Source of the DNA: an uncultured Christensenellaceae bacterium
Lineage (GTDB): Bacteria; Bacillota; Clostridia; Christensenellales; UBA3700
Reading direction: 5' to 3'
Length of the DNA: 64,000 bases
Assembly (NCBI GenBank): GCA_944380355.1
Contig: CALWHJ010000006.1
Location: 18,490 to 82,489 of the forward strand
Position numbers and translations under genes: made by a program. This document shows positions 19,892 to 30,497 of the stretch, piece after piece. The notes under the pieces are model-generated. The model was not told where the DNA came from and did no database searches. It saw nothing but the letters and a program-made list of their open reading frames with translations. The stretch's first letter is position 1, and each line of letters starts with the position of its first letter.

Positions 19892-20138
19892 TCCATTTGA
19901 CTTTTACGCAACGCAAAACAGGAAGGTCGCTTACGCAAGCGGCCTTTTTTATGACCTTTTTACGTCTTGACTGCAAAAGCAAAATGCTCTATACTGTACT
20001 TGACAAATCTTTTACGGCGGAAAAATACTCTGCCTGCTTAAAGTCGAGCAGAACTTAAAAATACAAGCCGGAAGTATACATAATAATAAAGACAATAAAA
20101 AGCGTACCGTATCCGCGCGGTACAAAATCGGAGACACT

Positions 20139-20732
20139 ATGGATATCGAACTCAACAAGGCACGGTTTTTAAAAATTTTCAACGATAATATCAAGCGCGA
20201 CGGCGCGGACAAGCTTCTCAAATGGCTGGAAAACAGCGACTTCTTTGTCGCGCCCGCAAGCAGTAAATTTCACAACGCTATGCAGGGAGGACTGTGCGAC
20301 CACTCGCTCAACGTATATGACAGAGCTATGGAGTTGTATAAGCTGGAGCAAAAGAAAAAGTCGGGACTATTTGACGGCATTACGCCCGAAAATATCGCAG
20401 TAGCCGCACTTTTGCACGATTTGTGCAAAGTCAACTTCTACAAAATCAGCTTCCGCAACGTCAAGGTAGACGGAGCGTGGGAACAAGTACCCTTTTATAG
20501 CGTAGAAGATTCACTCCCCTACGGTCACGGAGAAAAATCCGTATATATCATAAGCGGTTTTATGCGACTGACCAGAGAGGAAGCTATGGCAATCAACTGG
20601 CATATGGGCGGTTTTGACAAACGCGTACTTGGCGGAGATTTCGCTATATCTCAGGCTTTCGAAGAATATCCTTTTGCTACGATGATACACATTGCCGACG
20701 TAATGGCTACGTATTTCGACGAAGAAAAATAG
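20139..20732 (+). CDS. HD-domain phosphohydrolase
   Basis: APAS..FH...GGLCDHS, LLHDLCK, GHGEKS, WHMG and IHIAD motifs. Confidence 0.88.
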   Translation: MDIELNKARFLKIFNDNIKRDGADKLLKWLENSDFFVAPASSKFHNAMQGGLCDHSLNVYDRAMELYKLEQKKKSGLFDGITPENIAVAALLHDLCKVNFYKISFRNVKVDGAWEQVPFYSVEDSLPYGHGEKSVYIISGFMRLTREEAMAINWHMGGFDKRVLGGDFAISQAFEEYPFATMIHIADVMATYFDEEK

Positions 20733-20862
20733 TATCTTTGACTATATAACCGATTAACAACAAGCGCGCACCGCGCATTATTCTAATTATAAGTCAAGCA
20801 GAAATGCAAGTATTTTTCAATTAACGTATTACGATAAAAAAGAGGATGCAAAGTCCTCTTTT

Positions 20863-21783
20863 TCAATCAACCGAAAAGTCGATATCCGGCAAAAGCATTT
20901 TTACCTTTTTTCTGTAAATCTTGCCTTGAGAGGGCAAATAACTGTCTTTTCTTATCTGTACGGACTTTACTATTTTACCGTCTTTGTCGCGATACTCAAG
21001 AAAAGCTCGCGATTTGTATCCCTCTCTCGCTTCTTTCTTTATGCCGTATTCTCCCGCGGCGTCTCTGAGAATCTTACCCGTAAAGTCATCGGGGAATTCG
21101 TCCACTTCTATTATCTCGGGGGCAGGCGGCTCAATTGTTTCGATAAGCTCCGTACGCACTGTAATGTCGTAATCCAAAGGATTTGCGTATACGTCAAAAC
21201 ATATCTTCAAATCCTTTACGTAGCCGTTGACTAGTACGTCGAAGTCGGAATTGTTGACCAGTACGAGGTCGGTATATTCCGTCACCGTAGCGTCCTGCGA
21301 CAATTCGCAATACGAAGCCGGCAGGCTGTGCGCTCTCACGTATTCCACTCCCAGTCCCGCTCTTATCCACGCGTTGTAGAGCGTGGTAGATACCTGACAT
21401 ACTCCCCCGCCTACGCCCTCGGTATATTCGCCGTCCACTATGACTTTAGACACTCTGTAACCTCTCTCTTCCGTTCTCTTACCGACAAGGGTATTGAAAG
21501 AGAGTTTGCCTCCCTTTTTCACGCCAATCCAGCTGAAACTTTCGCTCGCTAAAGCTACGTTGTGCCGCCTGTCCTCTTTGGACGAGGAATAGTCGGTAGA
21601 GAAAGAACTGACTAGCTGCATTTTGGGCGAGAAGCCGTAATCGTTGGGTCTGAATACGCTCGACAAATCGGTTAAATCCGAGACAGCAAGGAAAAATCCC
21701 GACATAAGAATAACCGCCGAGATAACAGTAATTGCCAGTGCCGCAACAAAGCGTATTTTATTTCTCTGATTTTCCACAAGCAT
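20863..21783 (-). CDS. VanW-family protein with C-terminal G5-like domain
   Basis: RRHNVALA, SFNTLVGKR and GVGGGVCQVSTTLYNA motifs; N-terminal TM. Confidence 0.88.
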   Translation of the reverse strand: MLVENQRNKIRFVAALAITVISAVILMSGFFLAVSDLTDLSSVFRPNDYGFSPKMQLVSSFSTDYSSSKEDRRHNVALASESFSWIGVKKGGKLSFNTLVGKRTEERGYRVSKVIVDGEYTEGVGGGVCQVSTTLYNAWIRAGLGVEYVRAHSLPASYCELSQDATVTEYTDLVLVNNSDFDVLVNGYVKDLKICFDVYANPLDYDITVRTELIETIEPPAPEIIEVDEFPDDFTGKILRDAAGEYGIKKEAREGYKSRAFLEYRDKDGKIVKSVQIRKDSYLPSQGKIYRKKVKMLLPDIDFSVD

Positions 21784-21997
21784 ATTGTGTGATATTAATT
21801 TGAAAATACAGCTTTTACCGACATACAAAAAGTGGCAATTTTAAATCAAACAATTCTTGTTTTGCGCGGCTTAGTGCGCCTTTTTCTTAGTTGAGTAAAA
21901 AGACTGCGCCTGCTGATACGTTTTTGGGCAAAAAAAAGCGCGGCTTTTTAAGCCGCGTGTTGATACTGTTTTGTTGTGTTGTTTCTTAATTTATCCG

Positions 21998-23686
21998 TCA
22001 CATCTTTGCGGGCGTAGCTATACCCAACAGTCCCAAAGCGTTGGAAAGAACTTGTCTGACTGCCTGCGTAAGCATAAGACGCGCATTTTTGACTCCCTCT
22101 GCCTCTCCGTTTATCTTGTGCTCGAAGTAGAATTTGTTGAATGCTTGCGCAAGGTCTACCGCGTATCTGGTGATTATGCTGGGCTCGTATTTGCGCGCGC
22201 TCTCCTTAATCACTTCGGGGTACTTTTCCAAAAGTCTGACTATGTCCTTGCTTTCGTCGTTGTCTATGCCCTTGTAATCTATCTCTTTGCCTATCTGTCC
22301 GCACTTGTCGAAAAGACTGTTGCAACGCGCATAGGTGTACTGTACGTAAGGTCCCGTCTCCCCGTCAAAGTTGAGCACCTTGTCAAAAGAGAATACGATA
22401 TCCTTTATTCTGCCGTTGTAAAGCATACCGAATATTACCGCGCCTACGCCGACTTTTTCTGCCGTATCGTCCTTGTCCGCAAGGTCGGGATTTTTGCTGT
22501 CGATGACTTCCTTTGCCTTGGCTACGGCGGTATCGAGCACGTCTTGCAAGAATACCACGTTGCCCTCTCTGGTCGACATCGAACCGTTTTCGAGCGATAC
22601 CATTCCGTGAGCTACGTGCACCATATCTTTAGACCATTCGCACCCTGCCATCTCGAGCACCTTGAAAAGCTGTCTGAAATGGAGGTTTTGCTGATAAGCC
22701 ACGACGTACAGACACTTGTCGAAGTCATAAGTCTTTTTGCGGTAAAAAGCCGCCGCCATATCTCTCGTAGCGTAAAGCGTCGCGCCGTCGCTTCTCTGCA
22801 ACAGACAAGGCGGCATATTTTCGCTCTCGTCAAAACGCACTACCTTTGCGCCGTCGCTCTCTACCAAAAGTCCCTTTTCGGTGAGCATATCGAGTACGGG
22901 TTGCATCTTATCGTTATAGAAAGATTCTCCCGCATAGCTGTCGAATTTGACGTGCAGTCTGTCATAGACTTTGCCTACTTCTTTAAGGGTGATTTCCTTG
23001 AAGTAATTGAAAAGCTCCAAGGCTTCCTTGTTTCCGTCCTCTATAGCCTTAAACCAAGCGCGCGCCTCGTCCTCGAGTGCGGGATTGCTCTCGGCTTCCT
23101 TGTGGAATTTTACATATATGTCGAGAAGTCCTCTCACTCCTCTTGCGTCTATATCCTCTTTATTGCCCCAAAGCTTGTATGCGACTATGAGTTTACCGAA
23201 TTGAGTACCCCAGTCTCCGAGATGATTGATGCCTACGACCTTGTAGCCGAGTTTTGCATACGTCCTGTAAATAGCCGCGCCTATTGACGTATTGAGCATA
23301 TGTCCCATATGGAAAGGCTTAGCGATATTGACCGACGAAAAGTCTATGCAAACCGTCTTGCCTTTTCCCTCGTCGCTTGCGCCGTAGTCCTCTCCCTTCG
23401 CTATTACGTCTTCGAGCACTTTCTTTCCGTAACGCATATTGTCGAATTTGAAATTGACAAAACCCGCTACCGCTTGAACCGAAGCAATCATCTCGCCTTT
23501 GTCTACGCTTTGCGCCATTTCCTGAGCAATAGCCATAGGAGGCTTTTTGAGCTGTTTTGCGAGTTTAAAACAAGGTATGCACAAGTCCGCCATAGCCGTA
23601 TCTTTGGGTACGGCAACGAGCGACAAGAGTTCGTCCTTGTCGTAATCGCCTTTTATACTGTCTACTATAATCTGTCTGTAATCCAT
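21998..23686 (-). CDS. argS: Arginine--tRNA ligase
   Basis: SSVNIAKPFHMGH (HIGH), GDWGTQFG, MSTREG and GETGPYVQYTYAR motifs; start taken at MDYRQII. Confidence 0.97.
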   Translation of the reverse strand: MDYRQIIVDSIKGDYDKDELLSLVAVPKDTAMADLCIPCFKLAKQLKKPPMAIAQEMAQSVDKGEMIASVQAVAGFVNFKFDNMRYGKKVLEDVIAKGEDYGASDEGKGKTVCIDFSSVNIAKPFHMGHMLNTSIGAAIYRTYAKLGYKVVGINHLGDWGTQFGKLIVAYKLWGNKEDIDARGVRGLLDIYVKFHKEAESNPALEDEARAWFKAIEDGNKEALELFNYFKEITLKEVGKVYDRLHVKFDSYAGESFYNDKMQPVLDMLTEKGLLVESDGAKVVRFDESENMPPCLLQRSDGATLYATRDMAAAFYRKKTYDFDKCLYVVAYQQNLHFRQLFKVLEMAGCEWSKDMVHVAHGMVSLENGSMSTREGNVVFLQDVLDTAVAKAKEVIDSKNPDLADKDDTAEKVGVGAVIFGMLYNGRIKDIVFSFDKVLNFDGETGPYVQYTYARCNSLFDKCGQIGKEIDYKGIDNDESKDIVRLLEKYPEVIKESARKYEPSIITRYAVDLAQAFNKFYFEHKINGEAEGVKNARLMLTQAVRQVLSNALGLLGIATPAKM

Positions 23687-23752
23687 AATTCTGTCTTTTG
23701 CCCGCACTTGCCGATAAGCCGACAAGGAATATTTTAGCGTGTAATGATATTG

Positions 23753-24844
23753 TTATACGTTGAATCTGAAGAGTACCACGTCGCCGTCCTTGATGACGTA
23801 ATCCTTGCCTTCGCTTCTTACCTTGCCGTGCTCTTTAGCAGCCACGTAAGAACCGCACTCGAGCAAAGTCTGCCAGTCGACAATCTCCGCGCGGATAAAA
23901 CCTCTTTCGAAGTCGCTGTGAATCTTGCCTGCCGCCTGAGGAGCTTTCGTGCCTCGGGTAATTGTCCACGCTCTCGTTTCTTTCTCTCCCGCGGTAAGAT
24001 AGCTGATAAGTCCAAGCAAATCGTAACAAGCGGATACGAGCTTGTCAAGACCGCTCTTGTCGATGCCGTACTCAGCCTGGAACATCTCTTTGTCTTCCTT
24101 ATCCATTCCCGCGAGTTCCTCTTCGAGCTTTGCACAGAGGACTATCGTCTTGGCTCCCTGCTTTTCTGCGTACTGTCTGACCTCGTCGACGTAAGCATTA
24201 GTACCTGCGGCTACATCGTTTTCGCTTATGTTTGCCGCGTATATCACAGGCTTAGCCGTCAAAAGGAACAGATCTCTTACTATCTCTTTCTCGTCGTCGC
24301 TAAGCTCTATAAGTCTTGCGGGAGTACCTTTTTCCAGCTCTGCATATACTCTGTCGAGAAGGTCGGCTTCGACTATGTACTTCTTGTCACCGCCCTTTGC
24401 AGAGTTACGCGCTTTGGCGGCTCTCTTCTGTACGCTCTCCATATCCGCAAAAATCAGCTCGAACTCAATCGTCTCGATATCTCTCAAAGGATTTACGCTG
24501 CCGTCGACGTGCGTTATGTTGGCGTCGTCAAAACACCTTACTACGTGCACGATTGCGTCAACCTCTCTGATATGCGACAAAAACTTGTTGCCCAGTCCCT
24601 CGCCCTTTGACGCGCCTTTTACGAGTCCTGCTATGTCCACGAATTCGAGTACCGTGGGAGTTACTTTCTTGCTGTTGTAAAGCGCGGCAAGCTTGTCCAG
24701 TCTTTCGTCGGGGACAGCTACTACGCCCACGTTGGGCTCTATCGTGCAAAAAGGATAATTCGCGCTCTCTGCGCCCGCTTGCGTTATCGCGTTGAACAAC
24801 GTACTCTTTCCTACGTTGGGAAGTCCTACTACACCCAGTTTCAT
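23753..24844 (-). CDS. ychF: Redox-regulated ATPase YchF
   Basis: GLPNVGKST, NYPFCTIEPN, DIAGLV, GEGLGNKFL and a C-terminal TGS domain. Confidence 0.98.
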   Translation of the reverse strand: MKLGVVGLPNVGKSTLFNAITQAGAESANYPFCTIEPNVGVVAVPDERLDKLAALYNSKKVTPTVLEFVDIAGLVKGASKGEGLGNKFLSHIREVDAIVHVVRCFDDANITHVDGSVNPLRDIETIEFELIFADMESVQKRAAKARNSAKGGDKKYIVEADLLDRVYAELEKGTPARLIELSDDEKEIVRDLFLLTAKPVIYAANISENDVAAGTNAYVDEVRQYAEKQGAKTIVLCAKLEEELAGMDKEDKEMFQAEYGIDKSGLDKLVSACYDLLGLISYLTAGEKETRAWTITRGTKAPQAAGKIHSDFERGFIRAEIVDWQTLLECGSYVAAKEHGKVRSEGKDYVIKDGDVVLFRFNV

Positions 24845-24897
24845 TTCTCTACCTCTGTATTTTCCGTTACCTGTACGGTAAAACGTGTATTTGCTTT

Positions 24898-25650
24898 TTA
24901 TTCGGTCTTTTCTTCTAAAGCCGCGTCCTCTTGCTCGTTTTCGGACTCGTCGGCATTATTTTCCCCGCTATCTGCTTCGGCTGTATCGCCGTCTGCGTTT
25001 TGCGATTTTTCGTTACCCTCGTCGTCAAGCTCCTTGACCTCGTTCTTTCCTACGATACTCAAGGTATTCTCCTTGCCGTGTATAAATCTGATTACGTTGT
25101 CCTTGTGACGGATAACTACCAGCAGCCACATTATTACGCAACATACTACTATAATTATACTCGAGCCGTATTGTATACAACACGTGATGGCAAGCGCGGT
25201 TATCGCAAGATACGAGCCGATAAAACCTATCTTGCACAAGAGCAGATATACAATCAGTCCGACGAGTACGCACGCCGCTACGATAGGGGAAGCAACGAGA
25301 AATACTCCTATGGACGTTGCTACGCCCTTTCCGCCCTTAAAGCCCGTGTATAAGGGGAATATATGTCCTACGACGACTATCGTGCCGAGTATAAACATCC
25401 ACTCGTACGAGCCGCCGTCTATAGCAAATCTTCCGATAAGCGCAAATGCAAGTCCCTTTACGCTGTCAAATGCAAAAGTAAGCGCGCCCCAGCCCTTGCC
25501 TATCGAACGCAGTACGTTCATAGTTCCGGGATTGCCGCTTCCCAGTTTTTTGATGTTTTTACCTTTGATTCTGCTGACTATCGTCGCCGCGTTGATTGAA
25601 CCGACAAGATATGCGGCAATAACGCAAATTACTTTTACGAAAATATCCAT
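24898..25650 (-). CDS. plsY: Glycerol-3-phosphate acyltransferase PlsY with acidic C-terminal tail
   Basis: GSGNPGTMN, GHIFP, FKGGKGVAT and RHKDN motifs. Confidence 0.92.
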   Translation of the reverse strand: MDIFVKVICVIAAYLVGSINAATIVSRIKGKNIKKLGSGNPGTMNVLRSIGKGWGALTFAFDSVKGLAFALIGRFAIDGGSYEWMFILGTIVVVGHIFPLYTGFKGGKGVATSIGVFLVASPIVAACVLVGLIVYLLLCKIGFIGSYLAITALAITCCIQYGSSIIIVVCCVIMWLLVVIRHKDNVIRFIHGKENTLSIVGKNEVKELDDEGNEKSQNADGDTAEADSGENNADESENEQEDAALEEKTE

Positions 25651-25712
25651 CTTTCACTACCTTTTCATCATTTTAGCATAATTTGCAAAAGAGTACAACA
25701 AAATATAATATA

Positions 25713-26588
25713 TTATTTTAATGCTACGGGACTGACGTCGAAGTCAGGCACGAAAGCTTCGTCTGCACTCTCTTCGTCCTGTACGAACGCATTTACAAAT
25801 CCCAGCTTTTCCGCATAAGAAAGGGCTATTTTGTATTCCAAAGGCTTGAGTTTTCTGTCTAGCGGTGGATATTCTTTTGCCTGTCCGCAGGGGATATACT
25901 GTCCCATTACGGATATGTAAGTATCGAAAGATAAATTGCACTTTATCCACTCCAGCACTCTCTTTGTATTATCTACGGCGTCGGGCAATACAAGGTGCCT
26001 TATAATCATTCCCTTTTGCATTATACCGTCATCGAAAATATCTTGAGGTTGCTGTCTTCTCATTTCGCTGAGTGCAAGAGTGCATCTTTCTGCATAATCG
26101 GGCGCGTTGCTGTATTTTTCCGCAAGCGCGTTGTCGGCATATTTGAAGTCGGGAAGATATATATCGACTATGCCCTCCAGCCTTTTGAGATTACCCACGC
26201 TTTCGTAGCCTCCGCAATTGTACACCACGGGAATCGCGGGGCGGTAAATACCGAATGCTTCCGTAATTCCGTCGGTAAAATGCGATGCCGTCACGAGATT
26301 TATGTTGTGCGCGCCGGCGTCCTCCAGTCTTTTAAACACGTCGGCAAGCTGCCCGGGCGTAAGCAAAGTACCCTTTCCCCTCGATATATCGTAATTTTGA
26401 CAATACACGCACTTAAGATTGCACCCGCTGAAAAATACCGTACCGCTTCCGCGCGTACCCGATATAGGCGGCTCCTCCCAAAAATGCAAGGAAGCACGGG
26501 CTACTTTCAGTCCGTACTCACCGCAGTATCCGGCAGTCTTTACTCTGTCCGCAAGGCAATGTCTCGGACAACAATTACAAAATTCCAT
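25713..26588 (-). CDS. Radical SAM protein (PflX-like)
   Basis: CPRHC, HFWEEPPISG and FSGCNLKCVYCQN (CxxxCxxC), IYLPDFKY, IIRHLVLP. Confidence 0.9.
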   Translation of the reverse strand: MEFCNCCPRHCLADRVKTAGYCGEYGLKVARASLHFWEEPPISGTRGSGTVFFSGCNLKCVYCQNYDISRGKGTLLTPGQLADVFKRLEDAGAHNINLVTASHFTDGITEAFGIYRPAIPVVYNCGGYESVGNLKRLEGIVDIYLPDFKYADNALAEKYSNAPDYAERCTLALSEMRRQQPQDIFDDGIMQKGMIIRHLVLPDAVDNTKRVLEWIKCNLSFDTYISVMGQYIPCGQAKEYPPLDRKLKPLEYKIALSYAEKLGFVNAFVQDEESADEAFVPDFDVSPVALK

Positions 26589-26819
26589 AGTCAGATTATA
26601 CCACATATTCACACTTATGCAAATAATGCAAAAGAAAAACTCTTTATCGTACTGTCGTATCTGCCAAAATCGAAGTGCCGTCGGACACTACACGCTCAAA
26701 CCGCACGACAGACGAGTCAATGCCTACGCAAGACAGAGTTTTGACAAGCCCTGAGATTTCACAAAGCGATTGCAAAAACATCGCAAACGAAACGAGCGGA
26801 AACTACGATGTCCGAACAG

Positions 26820-26847
26820 AAAAAAAGGACGCTTGATCGCGTCCTTT
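26820..26847 (-). terminator. Intrinsic terminator after the TetR gene
   Basis: A7-GGACGC-TTGATC-GCGTCC. Confidence 0.7.
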
Positions 26848-26895
26848 AGTGTACGGTTAAATTTAGCGTATTTCCTGAGTATCTTCAAAATATTT

Positions 26896-27522
26896 CTAAT
26901 CTTTTTCAAGATACTGTTTTTTGAGCTTTTGGATTTTCTTGACTTTGGTTATCGTATAATCCTCGAAACCTACCGCAACAATCTGCCCTATAATTTCGGC
27001 AAGTGCCGTAAGACTTATTTTGAGTACGCCTTTGAATACGTCCTCGAACATAGAAGCAAAGCCGTTGGTATAAAATCTCACGACAACCGCAAACGTGGCT
27101 TTGTCCTTAATGTGAGATATTTTGTCATTGTCCGCCGTGATTACGGTACTGATAAAATTTTCCTTTAATCTGTCTATAAAGTGACTTCCTACGTTGGCGC
27201 AAACAAGACGCTTGTAAAAATCGAATTCCTTTTGCAACAGCGCGGCAATACTCGTCAGAAAAGGCGTAGGGTTTTCCATTACGCTTTCTCGGTAAGACAT
27301 AAACGAATTGAGTATGCCCTCGGCTACTCTCATCTCTATCTCTTCGAGCACTTCGGTCATATTGTTGTAATGCGCATAGAACGTGCTTCGGTTGATACCT
27401 GCCGTCTTTACTACTTCTGTGACGGATATCTCCTCAAAATCTTTTTTCATCAGCAACCGGCTTAGTGCGTTTTTGATTGCTTTTTTTGATTTAATCGCGC
27501 TGCTGTATTCTGCTTTATCCAA
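26896..27522 (-). CDS. TetR/AcrR-family transcriptional regulator
   Basis: HTH ISVTEVVKTAGINRSTFYAHY; TTG start. Confidence 0.92.
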   Translation of the reverse strand: MDKAEYSSAIKSKKAIKNALSRLLMKKDFEEISVTEVVKTAGINRSTFYAHYNNMTEVLEEIEMRVAEGILNSFMSYRESVMENPTPFLTSIAALLQKEFDFYKRLVCANVGSHFIDRLKENFISTVITADNDKISHIKDKATFAVVVRFYTNGFASMFEDVFKGVLKISLTALAEIIGQIVAVGFEDYTITKVKKIQKLKKQYLEKD

Positions 27523-27540
27523 TTTCTTCCCCCTTGAAAA

Positions 27541-28347
27541 TCATAAATCTATTGCTTCTTTGTATACCTCGTCTTTTGTGAGCGAGTTGGCTTTTGCCAC
27601 TTGTTTGACGGCGTCTTTTTTATCCGTACCCGATGAGATAAGCTTAATAAGTTGTTCTTTTATACTGCCCTGAGGTTTTTCTACACACTTTTCTCCCGCT
27701 TCTACTATAAGCACGTATTCGCCTCTGGCTTCCCCCTCGAGTCCTTGCGACAGCGTGGTGAGAATATGCTCCTCGTGTATTTTAGTCAGCTCTCTTACGA
27801 TATGGAGTTTTCTGTCCCCGAGACGCGAATAAAGATATTTGATATCCTTGCCGACGTCGTAAGGCGAACTGTAAAACACAAGAGAAGTCGTAATATCCTT
27901 AAAAGGCATAATCAAATTGTCTTTTTCTTTTGTTTTTGCAGGAAGAAAACCTATGAACGTAAACACAGGCTGGATTATCCCGCTTAGCGCGATTGCCGTA
28001 GTGAGCGCGGTAGGTCCGGGAATTACCGCAATATCCGCACCGAGTTTTCGCAATCCGTCCACAACTACTGCTCCCGGGTCGGATACGGCAGGCATACCCG
28101 CGTCCGTCACGAGCGCAACTTCCTTGCCCTCTGTGAGCATAGCGTATATTTTGTCTACGCTGTCCCTTTCGTTAAACTTGTGACAGGCAAACAAAGGCTT
28201 CTTTATATCGTAATAATTGAGAAGCTTGAGCGTGTGTCGGGTATCTTCGCAGGCTATTGCGTCTGCCCCGCGCAATACGTCCAGCGCACGAGTGCTGATA
28301 TCTCCCAGATTGCCTATGGGCGTACCCACAAGATAAAGTCTTGCCAT
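27541..28347 (-). CDS. rsmI: 16S rRNA (cytidine1402-2'-O)-methyltransferase
   Basis: LVGTPIGNLGD, CEDTR, DAGMPAVSDPG and RELTKIHEE motifs. Confidence 0.96.
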   Translation of the reverse strand: MARLYLVGTPIGNLGDISTRALDVLRGADAIACEDTRHTLKLLNYYDIKKPLFACHKFNERDSVDKIYAMLTEGKEVALVTDAGMPAVSDPGAVVVDGLRKLGADIAVIPGPTALTTAIALSGIIQPVFTFIGFLPAKTKEKDNLIMPFKDITTSLVFYSSPYDVGKDIKYLYSRLGDRKLHIVRELTKIHEEHILTTLSQGLEGEARGEYVLIVEAGEKCVEKPQGSIKEQLIKLISSGTDKKDAVKQVAKANSLTKDEVYKEAIDL

Positions 28348-28580
28348 TTCTCTCTCCTCTGACTTTTTTCAATAATACTATATCATATCCCCGCCCTTAA
28401 ATCAATCATACCGCTATCGAATAACGACAAGCTTTGCCTAATCCCCCGATTGATACCTCAAAATAAAAAGCTTTGAGCTTTATGTCCTTTTATTACTTTA
28501 CATAATTTTTCTTAAGTGTTATAATATATATGTGTTGTGCAAAGGGATACTTTTATTTTAAACTCTTATACTGACAGACG

Positions 28581-29324
28581 ATGATTGCTATGGGAGAATA
28601 CTACAAAAGAATTATCCGTTCGATTATATGTTTTTACGTGTCGGTCATCACTACGGTGGTGATTATATTTTTCGTGTATTACGACGCTTACGGCAAGTAT
28701 ATGACTACTATGCTCAAACCTCAGGACGAAAAAGCCCAATACTATACCGAACTCAACAAAACCGAAGAACACGGTCTGACTGTTTTCTTCGGAGATTCTC
28801 TTACTGAATTGTGCGATACGGAAAAATACTATCCTGATATTCCCAACGTCAACAGAGGCATTTCGGGAGATACTACTTCGGGTATGCTCAAACGCTTAGA
28901 AGACAACGTAATCGCAATCCAACCCGTAAGCGTAGTTTTCCTTGGCGGAATCAACGATATAGGACACGGAGTAAGCGTAGAAACCGTATTGTCCAACATA
29001 GATAAAATACTGATGCAACTTTCGACGAGTCTTCCCGACTGTCGCGTACTGGTAGAATCGCTTTATCCCGTCAACAGCCACAAAAAACCCGCCTTTCTCA
29101 ATGCCGTAGGCATACGTACCAACGAAGCCGTGTTAGCGGTCAATTCCGTACTGCCCGACATCTGCTCAAAATATAACGCTACATACGTAAACATACACGA
29201 CCTATTGACCGACGATGAGGGCAATCTCAACAAACGCTATACTATGGACGGTCTGCACGTCAACGATAAAGGCTACGAGATTATTACCGCAGAAATAAAC
29301 AAATATCTGAAAACCGGCGACTAG
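28581..29324 (+). CDS. SGNH/GDSL-type esterase with N-terminal membrane anchor
   Basis: FGDSLT, NRGISG, GGIND and DGLH motifs. Confidence 0.9.
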   Translation: MIAMGEYYKRIIRSIICFYVSVITTVVIIFFVYYDAYGKYMTTMLKPQDEKAQYYTELNKTEEHGLTVFFGDSLTELCDTEKYYPDIPNVNRGISGDTTSGMLKRLEDNVIAIQPVSVVFLGGINDIGHGVSVETVLSNIDKILMQLSTSLPDCRVLVESLYPVNSHKKPAFLNAVGIRTNEAVLAVNSVLPDICSKYNATYVNIHDLLTDDEGNLNKRYTMDGLHVNDKGYEIITAEINKYLKTGD

Positions 29325-29535
29325 AATATTAAAGGTCTTACACGGTTTGCTTAGACAGTGTAAAACAAAAAGCCCCTTTCGAGGGGTTTTTATATTTATT
29401 AAAAGGTGATTTTTATAGTACAAGCAGAATACTTACGCTCTATTTATCGGCACTTTACACGCAAACGACCTTTTCTGTTTTGCCGACCGCTCCGTACGGG
29501 AAATTGCGATAGCGAAATTTTCAATTAAAATTTGC

Positions 29536-29578
29536 ATAGAGAGAGGGCGGAAAGCTATGCTCTCCGCCCTCTCTCTAT
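29536..29578. terminator. Strong hairpin after the 29596-30132 gene
   Basis: ATAGAGAGAGGGCGGA/TCCGCCCTCTCTCTAT stem. Confidence 0.65.
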
Positions 29579-29595
29579 TAAGGGATTGTGTTTGT

Positions 29596-30132
29596 CTACT
29601 TATTTACTCCGCTGATTATCGCGCCAGCTCCGCCGACGATACCGCCGACAAGAGTGAGATAGCAACCTACTGCCAAACTGGTAGTCGCGCTTGCGATACC
29701 TGCGTCAGCACTCATTTCCTTGCCCATAAGAGCGGTAAATACTGCAGCCATAATACCTGCTACTATCGCAAGTATGCCGGCTATCATACCGATAGTCTTG
29801 AGCAATTTCATTTTGAGAAGTCCGCCTACGAGGAAACAGCCGAATGCCGCTGCCGTGGCGATAAGAGTAATCCACGCACATGTGTACGTGATATCAAAAT
29901 ATTTTATCGAATAGTCCTCATCGATTTCTCTCATATCAGCCTGACTGTCATACAAATCTTGCAAAGTCGTACTGCCTTCAGTGGTGATAAGTCCTCCGAT
30001 TGCCTCACCCTTTGTCGTAATCCAATCGGTAAAGATACCTACAACGGATAATACGAGACCTACTGCCATAACAGCCAGCATAATCCAAGCCAACATAGTC
30101 ATACCGGCCTTTTTCTTCTTAGCCTTAGCCAT
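29596..30132 (-). CDS. Uncharacterised 4-TM membrane protein
   Basis: Four hydrophobic helices with an acidic loop after TM1; AGGAGG RBS; TTGACA-17-TACAAT promoter at 30235-30207. Confidence 0.75.
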   Translation of the reverse strand: MAKAKKKKAGMTMLAWIMLAVMAVGLVLSVVGIFTDWITTKGEAIGGLITTEGSTTLQDLYDSQADMREIDEDYSIKYFDITYTCAWITLIATAAAFGCFLVGGLLKMKLLKTIGMIAGILAIVAGIMAAVFTALMGKEMSADAGIASATTSLAVGCYLTLVGGIVGGAGAIISGVNK

Positions 30133-30377
30133 AATAACCTCCTAGATATTGTTTTTATAAGAAAAGGTGGCATACTAACAGTAGGTCCACCTAAATCCAC
30201 GTCTTTATTGTACCTTAAAAAAATCTTAATGTCAATACCCATTTTGATTATTTTACACTTGGCTTTCTACAGCGAAAAAGTACAATATATTATATTGTAA
30301 AATAATAAAAAAATATAATAATACCGCGCCAATTGTCTGAAAACTTATAATACTAATTTATTTAATATAACGAAAAA

Positions 30378-30497
30378 CCACTCTCACGTTAATACGGAGA
30401 GTGGCTGTTTTTTATTTATTATCCACTACGTGCGAACACGGAAGTGGTATGCTTTTTATTTTAGCGCGTGCTGTTTTTTATTTATTATCCACTACGT
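30378..30497. repeat. Partial tandem copies of the type-A leader/5' arm, forming a terminator-like hairpin
   Basis: CCACTCTC...GAGAGTGG hairpin (30378-30404) flanked by A/T tracts; GCTGTTTTTTATTTATTATCCACTACGTGCGA occurs twice, about 66 bp apart. Confidence 0.7.

Noticed and set aside
20863-21783. VanW gene as evidence of vancomycin resistance
   Set aside because: VanW-domain proteins are widespread in Clostridia, and no vanHAX/vanRS genes are present.
30133-30200. Short leader hairpin (AGGTGG...CCACCT-TTT on the minus strand) considered as a preQ1-type riboswitch
   Set aside because: It lacks the preQ1 loop consensus and the downstream gene gives no support. It may be a simple stabilising or attenuating stem.
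30419-30493. Two TTATCCACT near-DnaA boxes
   Set aside because: They are 1-mismatch matches that form part of the duplicated type-A leader, which varies at these positions in other copies.
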